64,000 nucleotides of DNA from Bacteroidales bacterium. Lineage in GTDB: Bacteria > Bacteroidota > Bacteroidia > Bacteroidales > VadinHA17. Of the stretch, positions 1 through 9,488 are shown one piece after another (the first letter of the stretch is position 1; every line of letters starts with the position of its first letter). The translations under genes and the position numbers were made by a program. A model generated the notes under the pieces. The model searched no databases and had not been told where the DNA came from. It saw only the letters and a program-made list of their open reading frames with translations. Location: NCBI GenBank assembly GCA_049654745.1, contig JBASIK010000187.1, positions 993 through 64,992 on the forward strand. Reading direction: 5' to 3'.

Positions 1-436
1 TTCCAAGTATTCCTAGCGCCATTGTAAATCCAAGTCCCATACCCAGCCCATCGAGAAAGGAGGGAAGTAACTTATTCTTGCTGGCAAAAGCCTCAGCCCT
101 TGCGAGAACGATACAGTTAACAACAATTAGCGGAATGAAAATGCCAAGAGTCTCATACAAACCTGGTACATAAGCCTGCATAACAAGGTCAACAATGGTT
201 ACAAATGAAGCTATAACCACTATGAATGAGGGAATTCTTACTTTATCGGGAATATATTTTGCCAGTAAAGAAATAACTACATTGGAAGATGTTAGTACAA
301 ATGTTGTCGCAATGCCCATTCCCAGTCCGTTTATGGCTGAGGTGGTGGTTGCAAGTGTGGGACACATTCCTATCAACAGGACGAGGATAGGGTTCTCCCT
401 GAAGAATCCCTTGGTGAATTGTTTAGCCAGACTCAT
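1..436 (-). CDS. rnfE: Rnf complex subunit E, N-terminal part (gene runs off the window start)
   Basis: Not in the ORF track because it is edge-truncated. Manual reverse-complement translation from the ATG at 434-436 gives [41 protein letters not shown], an RnfE/NqrD-type N-terminus. ATGA start/stop overlap with rnfG. Position fits rnfB-C-D-G-E order. Confidence 0.8.
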   Translation of the reverse strand, partial: MSLAKQFTKGFFRENPILVLLIGMCPTLATTTSAINGLGMGIATTFVLTSSNVVISLLAKYIPDKVRIPSFIVVIASFVTIVDLVMQAYVPGLYETLGIFIPLIVVNCIVLARAEAFASKNKLLPSFLDGLGMGLGFTMALGILG

Positions 437-998
437 ATCAGACCTCCTTTCTTTAAAGTATTATATGCTCTTTCCAGTGCATCACAGAACGCTCTTGATG
501 TTATTGTGGCAGCAGTTATGGCATCAACTTCGCCACCGTCTTTCTTAACTTTGAGTTTGAAATTCGCCGGATTCTTTCCGTTAAACTGGTCTTTGAAAAA
601 GGGTTCCGTCATCTTTGTTCCAAGACCCGGGGTTTCTTTCTGTTCAAGCACGTTTGTATTTATAATAGTGCCGTCAGGACTAAAACCTACCAGTATCCAC
701 TGAAACCTTTTTGTGTTGATGTTCTGACTGCGTATCCGATAATTTCATTGTTTATTTTGGCAGGGAAAACTTCAAGGCTGTCGCCTTCACCTGTTGGAAG
801 TTTGAACATCTCCTGGTCGGGGTTATTATCAAAGGAAGGAACCACAGCTTTTATGGCCTCCATCTTTTTATTGAGTTTTGTTAATTCTATCGGTCGCTTT
901 GTTATTTCATAAACGAAACCGAGTGCCGCTGAAGCACCAAGTGCTATAAAAGTAAGCGACATAATCATGTTCTTAAGCGAGGATTCGATCTTAGCCAT
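433..998 (-). pseudogene. rnfG: Rnf complex subunit G (FMN-binding), interrupted by an apparent 1-nt frameshift
   Basis: Two track ORFs: 687..998 (N-terminal TM plus ..STQKGFSGYW*) and 433..651 (..LEQKETPGLG..ITAATITSRA). Reading upstream of 651 in the second frame gives WILVGFSPDGTIINTNV, which completes an RnfG FMN_bind domain. The frames meet at about 690-705. Confidence 0.75.
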
Positions 999-1992
999 TT
1001 TTCACCTCCTCTCCGAAACGTTTTGGTTTGATCCATGCATTCATAAGGGGTACAAAAGCATTCATGATAAGAATGGCAAATGAAACACCTTCGGGATATG
1101 CTCCATAAACCCTTATTATTACAGTAATTACCCCGATACCTATACCGTAAATGATCATTGCTTTTGGTACCATAGGCGATGTTACATAGTCTGTTGCCAT
1201 GAATATAGCTCCCAGCATAACACCTCCTGTAAGAAGATGAAACAATGGATCGGCATTCTTCTCCGGATTAATCAGCCACAAAATTCCGGTGAATAATGCT
1301 ATACTGCCTGTAACGGCAACAGGAATGTGCCATGTAATTATTTTCTTTACCAGCATATAAAGAAAACCAATAAGCAGTGCCAGTGCAGCCACTTCGCCCA
1401 TCGACCCACCCATGTGTCCATAAAACAGCTGCATGTGATCTGGGATCTGGTTCATAAGCTGTGATACCTGTTCACCGTTTCTGATACCTTCTTTAAGTAC
1501 TCCAAGAGGTGTAGCCCCCGTTACTGCATCGGCATATCCGGTTTTGAAACCTGATGGTACAGGCCATGTTGTCATCTGAACCGGAAAAGATATCAGAAGA
1601 AATACACGTCCTACCAGAGCGGGATTGAACGGATTATTACCCAATCCGCCAAAACTCATCTTACCTATGCCAATTGCCACCAGTGCACCAATTATTATAA
1701 GGTGTACAGGTAGATTTGAAGGCAGGTTGAATGCCAATAAAAGTCCTGTAACTATTGCAGAACCGTCAGTAATAGTAACCGGACCTCTGATCAGATATTT
1801 TTGAATTACATATTCAAAGAATATGCACGATAATACTGATGTTGCAGTGACAATTAGTGCTCCCCAGCCGAAATAATAAACCGAAGCAATGAAAGCTGGA
1901 ATCAGGGCAATAATAACTCCCCGCATCAGCTTTTTTGTATCATCCCCGGTATGGATATGGGGTGATTGTGAAACTGTTAACAAACTGCTCAT
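991..1992 (-). CDS. rnfD: Rnf complex subunit D
   Basis: 333-aa polytopic membrane ORF with RnfD/NqrB-like segments (GGLGNNPFNPALVGR, FMATDYVTSP). Lies between rnfC and rnfG, with an 8-nt overlap with rnfG. Confidence 0.9.
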   Translation of the reverse strand: MSSLLTVSQSPHIHTGDDTKKLMRGVIIALIPAFIASVYYFGWGALIVTATSVLSCIFFEYVIQKYLIRGPVTITDGSAIVTGLLLAFNLPSNLPVHLIIIGALVAIGIGKMSFGGLGNNPFNPALVGRVFLLISFPVQMTTWPVPSGFKTGYADAVTGATPLGVLKEGIRNGEQVSQLMNQIPDHMQLFYGHMGGSMGEVAALALLIGFLYMLVKKIITWHIPVAVTGSIALFTGILWLINPEKNADPLFHLLTGGVMLGAIFMATDYVTSPMVPKAMIIYGIGIGVITVIIRVYGAYPEGVSFAILIMNAFVPLMNAWIKPKRFGEEVKNG

Positions 1993-2004
1993 TCTGTTGT
2001 ATGA

Positions 2005-3339
2005 TTATTTCACACTTTTTTCACGCATCATTTTAATCAGAGTGGTTTTTCCCAGCCTTATATAGTCCAGAAGGGGCCTGTGAGCCGGACATATATAGCT
2101 GCACGAACCGCATTCAATGCAGTCGGTAACCTTTTCTGCCTTCATTCTTTCAAACAGTCCTTTTTCAGCCAGACTCATAAGAAGATAAGGTTCAAGTCCC
2201 ATCGGGCAGGCCGAAACACATTTACTGCAGCGAATGCAGGGACCTACCTGAGGCCTATGTGATTCTTCAGCAGGAAACACGACAATACCAGAAGTGCCTT
2301 TCACAACAGGTGTCTGAAGGTTTGCCAGTGCTTTTCCCATCATAGGACCGCCAGATATGATCTTCCCCGTATTTTCAGGCAATCCTCCTGCTGCTTCGAT
2401 GAGCTTCGCAACCGGCGTGCCCACCCTAACAAGGAAATTACCAGGCTTTGAAAGAGACTTTCCTGTCACGGTAACTACCCTTTCAAATAAAGGCTTATTC
2501 TTCTGCACAGCTTCGTATACAGCGTATGCAGTACTAGCGTTTTGAACTACAACTCCAACATCAATCGGCAAACCACCTGAAGGAACCTCCCTTCCAGTAA
2601 GCGCTTTAATCAGCTGTTTTTCACCACCCTGAGGGTATTTAACTTTCAATCCCTGTACACTAATATCATCAGCCCCATTAAGCAACCTGCTTAAATGTGC
2701 AATTGCATCAGGTTTGTTGTATTCCATGCCGATAATTGCCTTTGTAACCCCAAGTGCTCTCATCATGATTCTTGCCCCTGTAATTATTTCCTTTCCTTTT
2801 TCGAGCATAAGGCGGTGGTCAGATGTAAGCCGGGGTTCACATTCTACACCATTGATAATGAGTAGATTACATTTCTTACCTGCGGGGACCTTCAGCTTAA
2901 CATGGGTAGGGAAGGTTGCACCACCAAGGCCTACAATACCGCAATCGAGGCATTTCTGAATTATTTCTTCGGGCGAATGTTTAATCTCTGTTACAATATC
3001 AGGACTTCTATCTATATCACTCAACCATTCATCACCGGATACGTCAATAATGATGGAGGTCTGCTTGTAACCTGAAATATCTGTAACAGTATCAATCTTT
3101 GATACAGTGCCTGATACTGATGAATGTATATTTGCTGAAACATATCCTTCTGCTCTGGCTATAAGTTGTCCGACCAGAACTTTATCTCCTTTATTTACAG
3201 TTACTGTTGCTGGTTTTCCCAGGTGCTGGGTAACCGGGATAACAACCGTTTCAGGAGGCGGAAGTATCTCAATCGGAGTGCCAGCTGTCAGTTTATTCTC
3301 TGGCGGATGAACACCGCCGCGCGGAAATGTTTTGAGCAT
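2005..3339 (-). CDS. rnfC: Rnf complex subunit C
   Basis: Track ORF 2005..3456 trimmed to the internal ATG (MLKTFPRGGVHPPENK) because the upstream codons overlap rnfB. Two ferredoxin motifs are present: CIRCSKCVSACP and CIECGSCSYICP. Confidence 0.9.
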   Translation of the reverse strand: MLKTFPRGGVHPPENKLTAGTPIEILPPPETVVIPVTQHLGKPATVTVNKGDKVLVGQLIARAEGYVSANIHSSVSGTVSKIDTVTDISGYKQTSIIIDVSGDEWLSDIDRSPDIVTEIKHSPEEIIQKCLDCGIVGLGGATFPTHVKLKVPAGKKCNLLIINGVECEPRLTSDHRLMLEKGKEIITGARIMMRALGVTKAIIGMEYNKPDAIAHLSRLLNGADDISVQGLKVKYPQGGEKQLIKALTGREVPSGGLPIDVGVVVQNASTAYAVYEAVQKNKPLFERVVTVTGKSLSKPGNFLVRVGTPVAKLIEAAGGLPENTGKIISGGPMMGKALANLQTPVVKGTSGIVVFPAEESHRPQVGPCIRCSKCVSACPMGLEPYLLMSLAEKGLFERMKAEKVTDCIECGSCSYICPAHRPLLDYIRLGKTTLIKMMREKSVK

Positions 3340-3356
3340 AGTCGGGGTCGTTATAA

Positions 3357-4223
3357 TTATTTTTGAGTTAGTGTTTCTTTTACTGCTTCTTCCGCAGCCT
3401 TGCGCGGAGGGAAATTGAGCTCTATAATTGCATTGGTCGGGCATTCTGTTACACATTTACGGCAGAGTGTGCATTTAAATGAATCGATATATGCCAGGTT
3501 GTTTTGAATGGTGATAGCTCCGAACTTGCAAACATTAAAGCATTTGTTGCATGCAATACATGCAACTTTGCATGCTTTTCTCGCGGGCCCACCCCTGTCG
3601 CAGTTAACACACGATACATAGATCTTCCTGTCTGTCTTAAATTTCTTCCTGAGCTCAATAATATTTCTCGGACAGGCTTTTACACAAGCACCGCATGCCA
3701 CGCATTTTTCATCAATAACTACTGGCAGCCCGGTTTTTTCGTCCATGTACATTGCACCAAACTGGCATGCCTCTACACAATCACCATAACCCAGGCAACC
3801 GTAATGACAATCTGTTTCACCTCCATAAAGAAGGTGAGCTATCCGGCAGTCTTTAACACCATCATATGCAGATGTGCGTGGCCGGTACTCATAACTTCCC
3901 TGACACCTAACCACTGCTACAAGAGGCTCGGATACAACTGCCTCCTTGCCAAGTATTTTTGCTATATCAGCCATTACTGTTGCTCCGCCTACCGGACAGT
4001 TAAGACCATCCAATGTATCAGCTTTAACAAGTGCCTCTGCAAAATTCCTGCAACCTGTAAAACCACACCCTCCGCAGTTAGCACCAGGCAGAGCTTCCTG
4101 AATTATATCAATCCTCGGATCTTCATAAACTTTGAATTTTTGAGAGACAAAGTATAATATAACTGCTGCAGCCAGTCCGACCGAAACTAGAACTATAACA
4201 GTTAACAGAATTGTATGACTCAT
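3357..4223 (-). CDS. rnfB: Rnf complex subunit B (polyferredoxin)
   Basis: 288 aa with an N-terminal TM helix, the CGGCGFTGC motif and several CxxCxxCxxxCP 4Fe-4S motifs. Confidence 0.9.
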   Translation of the reverse strand: MSHTILLTVIVLVSVGLAAAVILYFVSQKFKVYEDPRIDIIQEALPGANCGGCGFTGCRNFAEALVKADTLDGLNCPVGGATVMADIAKILGKEAVVSEPLVAVVRCQGSYEYRPRTSAYDGVKDCRIAHLLYGGETDCHYGCLGYGDCVEACQFGAMYMDEKTGLPVVIDEKCVACGACVKACPRNIIELRKKFKTDRKIYVSCVNCDRGGPARKACKVACIACNKCFNVCKFGAITIQNNLAYIDSFKCTLCRKCVTECPTNAIIELNFPPRKAAEEAVKETLTQK

Positions 4224-4227
4224 CTGG

Positions 4228-4644
4228 TTATAATGTTTTTAAACTGAATGAAAATTTCTTCGAAACATGTTTACGAAAAAGAAAGAGCAATATATAGTAA
4301 AATGCAGTTATTCCCAGCGAAATTAATCCTGCAGCAAGTTCACTTAATGACATGGAGATTGCCACCAAAAGAGATGCAATCAGAATTATAAAAGGCATAA
4401 CGTAACCCAGGAAAACGGCGAGATAACCGCGTGATAAGTTGGCTGATACAATTACTTTGCTTCCGGGTTTCAGATTATAATTTCCATCTATTCTGAGGAT
4501 CTTATTGTTGCGGTCGTTCAGATTGCATACCCCTGAAGCCTGACACCCTGCACAACTTACATTCTGTGATATCATTACGGTTACCGAATCAGGGTCCGAT
4601 GATAAAATAACACCTTCGTGAGTTATCTGGTTTTCTGATTTCAT
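4228..4644 (-). CDS. RseC/MucC-like (SoxR-reducing system) small membrane protein, first gene of the rnf operon
   Basis: 138 aa with an N-terminal Cys cluster (CAGCQASGVC) followed by two TM helices. Sits 4 nt upstream of rnfB. Confidence 0.65.
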   Translation of the reverse strand: MKSENQITHEGVILSSDPDSVTVMISQNVSCAGCQASGVCNLNDRNNKILRIDGNYNLKPGSKVIVSANLSRGYLAVFLGYVMPFIILIASLLVAISMSLSELAAGLISLGITAFYYILLFLFRKHVSKKFSFSLKTL

Positions 4645-4666
4645 TTTCCCCGGTAAATCAGAGTGG

Positions 4667-4674
4667 CAAATTTA
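4667..4674 (-). promoter_or_regulatory. Candidate Bacteroidota -7 box (TAaaTTTG on the minus strand) for the rnf operon
   Basis: Plus strand reads caaattta, 23-30 nt upstream of the 4644 start. Confidence 0.4.
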
Positions 4675-4717
4675 TATTTCTCGTATAAATTTATTTCTGC
4701 TTTTTATCAGTTTTTTA

Positions 4718-6823
4718 TCAGCTGATATTACTCCATGAATATTTCCTGCTGAAGAGCCTGTTAAGTTCCTGTTTCAGGATCAGGTTCTTCTCATCTTCAA
4801 GCAGAGGGTCTTTTTCGAGAATCGATTCTGCAATTCTTCTGACATATTCGATGATTTGTCCGTCGCGTGCCAGGTCGCTTATTCTCAGTTCAAAGGGGAA
4901 TCCGCTCTGCTGTGTACCTTCAATATCACCAGGACCTCTGAGTCTCAGGTCGGCTTCAGCTATTTCGAACCCGTCGCTGGTTCTTACCATTGTCTCAATT
5001 CGTTCAGATGCTTCTTTCGACAGCTTGTCTGAGCTCATCAGAATACAATATGACTGCTCGGCACCCCTGCCAACCCTTCCTCTTAGCTGATGTAGTTGGG
5101 AAAGTCCGAATCTCTCGGCGCTTTCTATAACCATCACAGTAGCGTTGGGTACATCCACACCTACCTCGATAACTGTTGTGGCAACCATTATATGAGCTTT
5201 GCCTTCCCTGAATAACTTCATTGAGATTTCCTTGTTGGCTGCTGTCATCCTGCCATGAAGCACACTTATGCAGTACCTGGGGGGAGGGAAGGCCTGTGTT
5301 AGAATATCGAGTCCTTCATCAAGGTTTTTATAATCGAGCTTTTCCGACTCGGTTATCAGTGGATAAACAATATATACCTGCCTTCCTTCACTTATCTGCT
5401 TCCGCATGAAAGCAAAGACTTTATTTCTTTCTGATTCAAAGAAATGCATTGTCTTTACCGGCTTCCTTCCCGGTGGTAATTCGTTTATAACCGATACATC
5501 GAGGTCGCCATAGAGTGTCATGGCGAGCGTTCTTGGAATGGGTGTGGCAGTCATCACCAGTACATGGGGCGGATTTTTGCTTTTCTCCCATAGCTTTGCC
5601 CGCTGTGCTACGCCAAAACGATGTTGTTCGTCAATAATTGCCAGCCCAAGCTTTTTAAACCTTACATTTTCTTCAATCAGGGCATGGGTTCCAATCAATA
5701 TTGCAGGTTCATCACTGAGCAACACTTTTTCAATCTGTTTCCTCTCGGTTTTTTTTGTGGAGCCCGTAAGCAACATTACCCTGATACCAATTCCCTCGGT
5801 AAACTTTGAAATTGATCTGAAATGCTGATAAGCAAGGATTTCTGTTGGTGCCATTATGCACGACTGATATCCATTGTCGGCAGCTATCAGCATCGACATT
5901 AATGCAACAAGTGTTTTACCACTTCCAACATCGCCCTGAAGTAATCTGTTCATCTGCCTTCCCGAACCTAAATCCCTGCGTATTTCCTTCATAACCCTTT
6001 TCTGGGCATCAGTAAGCTCGAAAGATAAATTGTTGAAATAGAATTTGTTAAAATATTCACCAACTCTGGAAAAGATAGATCCTGGAGTATGGGTTTTTCG
6101 AAAAACTTTGTAGCGCAACAGGTTAAGTTGAATATAAAAGAGCTCTTCAAATTTGAAACGGTATCGGGCTCTTTCCATTTCCTTTGTATTGGAAGGGAAA
6201 TGAATCTTATGAATTGCATCATGCAAACTCATAAGATTGTTATTGGTTATAATGTAATCAGGGAGTGTCTCGGGCAGCCTGAAGTTTATCATGCCAAGCA
6301 GGTTACCAACAAGCTTGCTGATAAATTTCGATGTTATAAAACTGCTTTTAAGCTCTTCAGTAGTACTATAGAGTGCTTCAAGGCCCGACACAAGTCTCTT
6401 TTCTCTTTTTTCGGCAAGTTCAATTTCGGGGTGAATAATATTTATCATACTATTGAAAACCCCTGGTTTACCGAAGATTACATACTCCTTTCCTGCAGGA
6501 TAGGTCTCAGGTATCCATTTGGTTCCCCTGAACCATATTAACCTGATAACTCCCGTTTCATCTGAAAATTCGGCTATAAGCCTTTTGTTGTTGCCTTTAC
6601 CCTCTGTGAAGTATCCTTTTATTACACCGCGTATCTGAACATAAGGCAGGTCGGGATCAAGTTCTGCAACACTATAGAATTTGGTTCTGTCAACATATCT
6701 GTAAGGAAAATAATAAAGCAGATCTCTGTAGCATTTGATATTAAGCTCCTTATTCAGCTGTTCAGCCCTTCTTGGACCAACACCCGGCAGGTATTTGATA
6801 TCAATATCCAGAAAATTCTGCAT
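4718..6823 (-). CDS. recG: ATP-dependent DNA helicase RecG
   Basis: 701 aa with Walker A GDVGSGKT, DEQHRFG, a helicase C-terminal domain and an N-terminal wedge/OB region. Confidence 0.95.
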   Translation of the reverse strand: MQNFLDIDIKYLPGVGPRRAEQLNKELNIKCYRDLLYYFPYRYVDRTKFYSVAELDPDLPYVQIRGVIKGYFTEGKGNNKRLIAEFSDETGVIRLIWFRGTKWIPETYPAGKEYVIFGKPGVFNSMINIIHPEIELAEKREKRLVSGLEALYSTTEELKSSFITSKFISKLVGNLLGMINFRLPETLPDYIITNNNLMSLHDAIHKIHFPSNTKEMERARYRFKFEELFYIQLNLLRYKVFRKTHTPGSIFSRVGEYFNKFYFNNLSFELTDAQKRVMKEIRRDLGSGRQMNRLLQGDVGSGKTLVALMSMLIAADNGYQSCIMAPTEILAYQHFRSISKFTEGIGIRVMLLTGSTKKTERKQIEKVLLSDEPAILIGTHALIEENVRFKKLGLAIIDEQHRFGVAQRAKLWEKSKNPPHVLVMTATPIPRTLAMTLYGDLDVSVINELPPGRKPVKTMHFFESERNKVFAFMRKQISEGRQVYIVYPLITESEKLDYKNLDEGLDILTQAFPPPRYCISVLHGRMTAANKEISMKLFREGKAHIMVATTVIEVGVDVPNATVMVIESAERFGLSQLHQLRGRVGRGAEQSYCILMSSDKLSKEASERIETMVRTSDGFEIAEADLRLRGPGDIEGTQQSGFPFELRISDLARDGQIIEYVRRIAESILEKDPLLEDEKNLILKQELNRLFSRKYSWSNIS

Positions 6824-6868
6824 ACAATTTGTTATGAATCGCTTTAAATTTTATTTTCCGAAAATAAG

Positions 6869-6876
6869 TATTTTTG
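6869..6876 (+). promoter_or_regulatory. Candidate -7 box TAttTTTG
   Basis: tatttttg, 33 nt upstream of the ATG at 6909. Confidence 0.4.
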
Positions 6877-6908
6877 CAAACCCTACATAATCATACCAGG
6901 TATCAAAA

Positions 6909-7700
6909 ATGAACGATTTTCATATTGTAATTAATAATCTGAAATACAAAGTTTTCTCCCGGCATAAAAGAGGTCATGGCATACATAGTCCTTTTGTTTT
7001 CAACTTGATTACTCTTGTTTTCAGGAATAAAATCGACCCGGCTATTGTCTCTACTATAGAAAACATAAGAAAAGAAATGCTGGCAGATCCTTCATTTGTT
7101 AAAGTAACTGATTATGGTTCAGGATCGAAGCACTTCAGGGATGGAATGAGAAAGGTGTCGTCGATAGCAAAGTATTCTTCAGTGCCTAAAAAATATGGTG
7201 AGCTTTTGCACAAATTTGCAGCGGAATATGGAGGTTCGGATATAATAGAGATGGGAACGTCTTTGGGTATCAGTGGATTATATCTTGCAACCGGAGCCAG
7301 TGGCTCAATGGTTCATACAATAGAGGGTTGTCCGGTAGTTTCAGAAATCGCAAAGAGGAACTTTGAAAAGGCAGGATGTAGAAATATCAAAGTTTATACC
7401 GGGAAGTTTGATGAAGTCCTTCCAGAATTGAAAGAGAAGAATATCAGACCCGGGCTTGTATTCATTGACGGAGACCACCGGAAAGATGCACTGCTTGAAT
7501 ATTTTGACACTATAAGCAGTATGTGTAATGATAAAAGTGTGGTTATTATTGACGATATACATAGGTCGGTGGAAATGGCAGAAGGATGGAAAGAAATAAA
7601 GAGGATGAAAAATGTTAGTGTAACAATTGATATTTGCCGGATGGGAATAGTTTTTTTCAGAAAAGGGATTTCGAAATTTGATTATGTGATAAGATATTAA
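6909..7700 (+). CDS. Class I SAM-dependent methyltransferase (O-methyltransferase-like)
   Basis: 263 aa with a Rossmann-like IIEMGTSLGISG segment and FIDGDHRKDALLEYF. Confidence 0.65.
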   Translation: MNDFHIVINNLKYKVFSRHKRGHGIHSPFVFNLITLVFRNKIDPAIVSTIENIRKEMLADPSFVKVTDYGSGSKHFRDGMRKVSSIAKYSSVPKKYGELLHKFAAEYGGSDIIEMGTSLGISGLYLATGASGSMVHTIEGCPVVSEIAKRNFEKAGCRNIKVYTGKFDEVLPELKEKNIRPGLVFIDGDHRKDALLEYFDTISSMCNDKSVVIIDDIHRSVEMAEGWKEIKRMKNVSVTIDICRMGIVFFRKGISKFDYVIRY

Positions 7701-7743
7701 CATAAATTAATAAATAATAATTCGATTTTAAGATTAATTACTC

Positions 7744-7751
7744 TATTTTTG
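7744..7751 (+). promoter_or_regulatory. Candidate -7 box TAttTTTG
   Basis: tatttttg, 23 nt upstream of the ATG at 7774. Confidence 0.4.
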
Positions 7752-7773
7752 ACACTTTAAATTTCAGGCTTTT

Positions 7774-8484
7774 ATGAATGAAAATAATGTTATTATTGAG
7801 CTACAGGACATAGTTAAGAATTACCAGGTTGGCACTGTAATAGTAAGGGCGCTCAGATCGGTATCACTGACTATTTACAAGAATGAATATGTAGCAATTA
7901 TGGGTCCCTCAGGTTCAGGGAAATCCACATTGATGAACCTGATAGGATGCCTTGATACGCCGACCAGTGGTAGATATTTTCTTAATGGTGTGGATGTCAG
8001 TAAGATGGAGGATGACAGGCTTGCTGAGATAAGAAATAAAGAAATAGGGTTTGTATTTCAGACTTTTAATCTCCTTCCACGATACACTGCTCTGGAAAAT
8101 GTTACTTTACCGTTAATTTATGCGGGTATTCCCAAGGCTGAGCGTGAAAAGCTAGCAATTGAAACACTCGCCCAGGTTGGTCTGGCCGACCGTATGCATC
8201 ATAAACCAAATGAACTTTCGGGTGGGCAGAGGCAGAGAGTAGCTATTGCAAGAGCACTTATAAACAAACCATCCATAATTCTGGCCGATGAGCCAACAGG
8301 TAATCTCGACAGCAAGACTTCGATAGATATTATGAACCTGCTGGACGATATACACCGTAAAGGCAATACCATTATTCTGGTTACTCACGAAGAGGATATT
8401 GCCAAGCATGCTGCACGTATTGTAAGACTCCTCGACGGCCAGGTTTCGTCCGACATGCCAAATGAGAAGTATGTAAAAGCCTGA
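7774..8484 (+). CDS. ABC transporter ATP-binding protein (MacB/LolD-type)
   Basis: Walker [10 protein letters not shown], signature [15 protein letters not shown], Walker [12 protein letters not shown]. Confidence 0.9.
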   Translation: MNENNVIIELQDIVKNYQVGTVIVRALRSVSLTIYKNEYVAIMGPSGSGKSTLMNLIGCLDTPTSGRYFLNGVDVSKMEDDRLAEIRNKEIGFVFQTFNLLPRYTALENVTLPLIYAGIPKAEREKLAIETLAQVGLADRMHHKPNELSGGQRQRVAIARALINKPSIILADEPTGNLDSKTSIDIMNLLDDIHRKGNTIILVTHEEDIAKHAARIVRLLDGQVSSDMPNEKYVKA

Positions 8485-8539
8485 GAAAAGGTTTTTGTAT
8501 TATCTTAAGGGCATAAAAAGCAAACATTAATTCTAAATA

Positions 8540-9082
8540 ATGAAAATCTATACCCGTAAAGGTGATGACGGGTTTGCTTCATTGTATGGAGGCAGACGAC
8601 TGCCCAAGCACCATCCGAGATTGGAAGCTTATGGCACTATAGATGAACTGATTTCCTGGATTGGCTTACTGCGGAGCTACAGGGAAACAGAAAAACATGC
8701 TGATTTTCTGCTTTATATACAGAAGCAGCTGATGGCATGTGCAGCAGCACTGGCATACGATATTGAAAATCCCTCGGGTGAAATAATACTCCCGGAGGAA
8801 GAATGCGTTGAAAAAACAGAAAAAGAGATCGACAAATTGAATGAACAACTCCCTTCTTTGAAAAGTTTTATTATACCTGGTGGTAATATCATTGTATCTA
8901 ACTGCCATATTACCAGATGTGTTTGTCGTCGGGCAGAAAGAAATGTTACCAGACTGGGTGAAAATGAAAATGCTCCGGAAATAATAATAAAATTCCTGAA
9001 CCGGCTGTCGGATTACTTCTTTGTGCTGGCACGATTTTTGAATAAAGATTTTGAGAATGAAGATGTTAACTACATTTGTTAA
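8540..9082 (+). CDS. PduO-type ATP:cob(I)alamin adenosyltransferase
   Basis: N-terminus MKIYTRKGDDGFASLYGG..RLEAYGTIDEL is typical of PduO/MMAB-type adenosyltransferases. 180 aa. Confidence 0.85.
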   Translation: MKIYTRKGDDGFASLYGGRRLPKHHPRLEAYGTIDELISWIGLLRSYRETEKHADFLLYIQKQLMACAAALAYDIENPSGEIILPEEECVEKTEKEIDKLNEQLPSLKSFIIPGGNIIVSNCHITRCVCRRAERNVTRLGENENAPEIIIKFLNRLSDYFFVLARFLNKDFENEDVNYIC

Positions 9083-9128
9083 AATTTTTTAAAACTTTTT
9101 CGATTATTGGATAATTTATAAAATTTTT

Positions 9129-9136
9129 TATATTTG
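9129..9136 (+). promoter_or_regulatory. Candidate -7 box TAtaTTTG
   Basis: tatatttg, 38 nt upstream of the ATG at 9174. Confidence 0.4.
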
Positions 9137-9173
9137 CGAACCTTTTTATAAACAACATAAAAATTTCCTGGAT

Positions 9174-9395
9174 ATGTATTGGACACTTGAATTAGCATCG
9201 AAACTTGAGGATGCTCCATGGCCAGCTACCAAAGATGAGCTTATTGATTATGCCATCAGGTCAGGTGCTCCACTTGAAGTCATAGAAAATTTACAGGAGA
9301 TTGAGGATGAGGGCGATATCTACGAGAGCATCGAAGATATCTGGCCCGATTACCCAAGTAAAGAGGACTTTTTCTTTAATGAGGATGAGTATTAA
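9174..9395 (+). CDS. Small acidic protein, DUF2795-like
   Basis: 73 aa. WPATKDELIDYAIRSGAPLEVIENL resembles the DUF2795 pattern. Has its own promoter box and terminator. Confidence 0.55.
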   Translation: MYWTLELASKLEDAPWPATKDELIDYAIRSGAPLEVIENLQEIEDEGDIYESIEDIWPDYPSKEDFFFNEDEY

Positions 9396-9401
9396 ACTGT
9401 C

Positions 9402-9429
9402 GGGGCTGTAAAAAACAGCCCCCTTTTTT
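9402..9429 (+). terminator. Rho-independent terminator
   Basis: GGGGCTGT-aaaaa-ACAGCCCC stem-loop followed by cTTTTTT, 7 nt after the stop at 9395. Confidence 0.75.
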
Positions 9430-9488
9430 ATCTATAATACGCATTTGTTTTACTTCCAGAGCTTTAAATGAGTTTTTTGCTCCAGGCT

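Noticed and set aside
3504-4157. Long antisense or alternate-frame ORFs: 3504..4157 (+, 217 aa), 6089..6541 (+), 14066..14718 (+), 16189..16656 (+), 32994..33470 (-), 39717..40205 (+), 42792..43211 (+) and others.
   Set aside because: Each lies entirely inside a strongly supported gene on the other strand or in another frame. Their sequences are low-complexity and Cys/Ser/Phe-rich with no motifs, which is typical of shadow ORFs.
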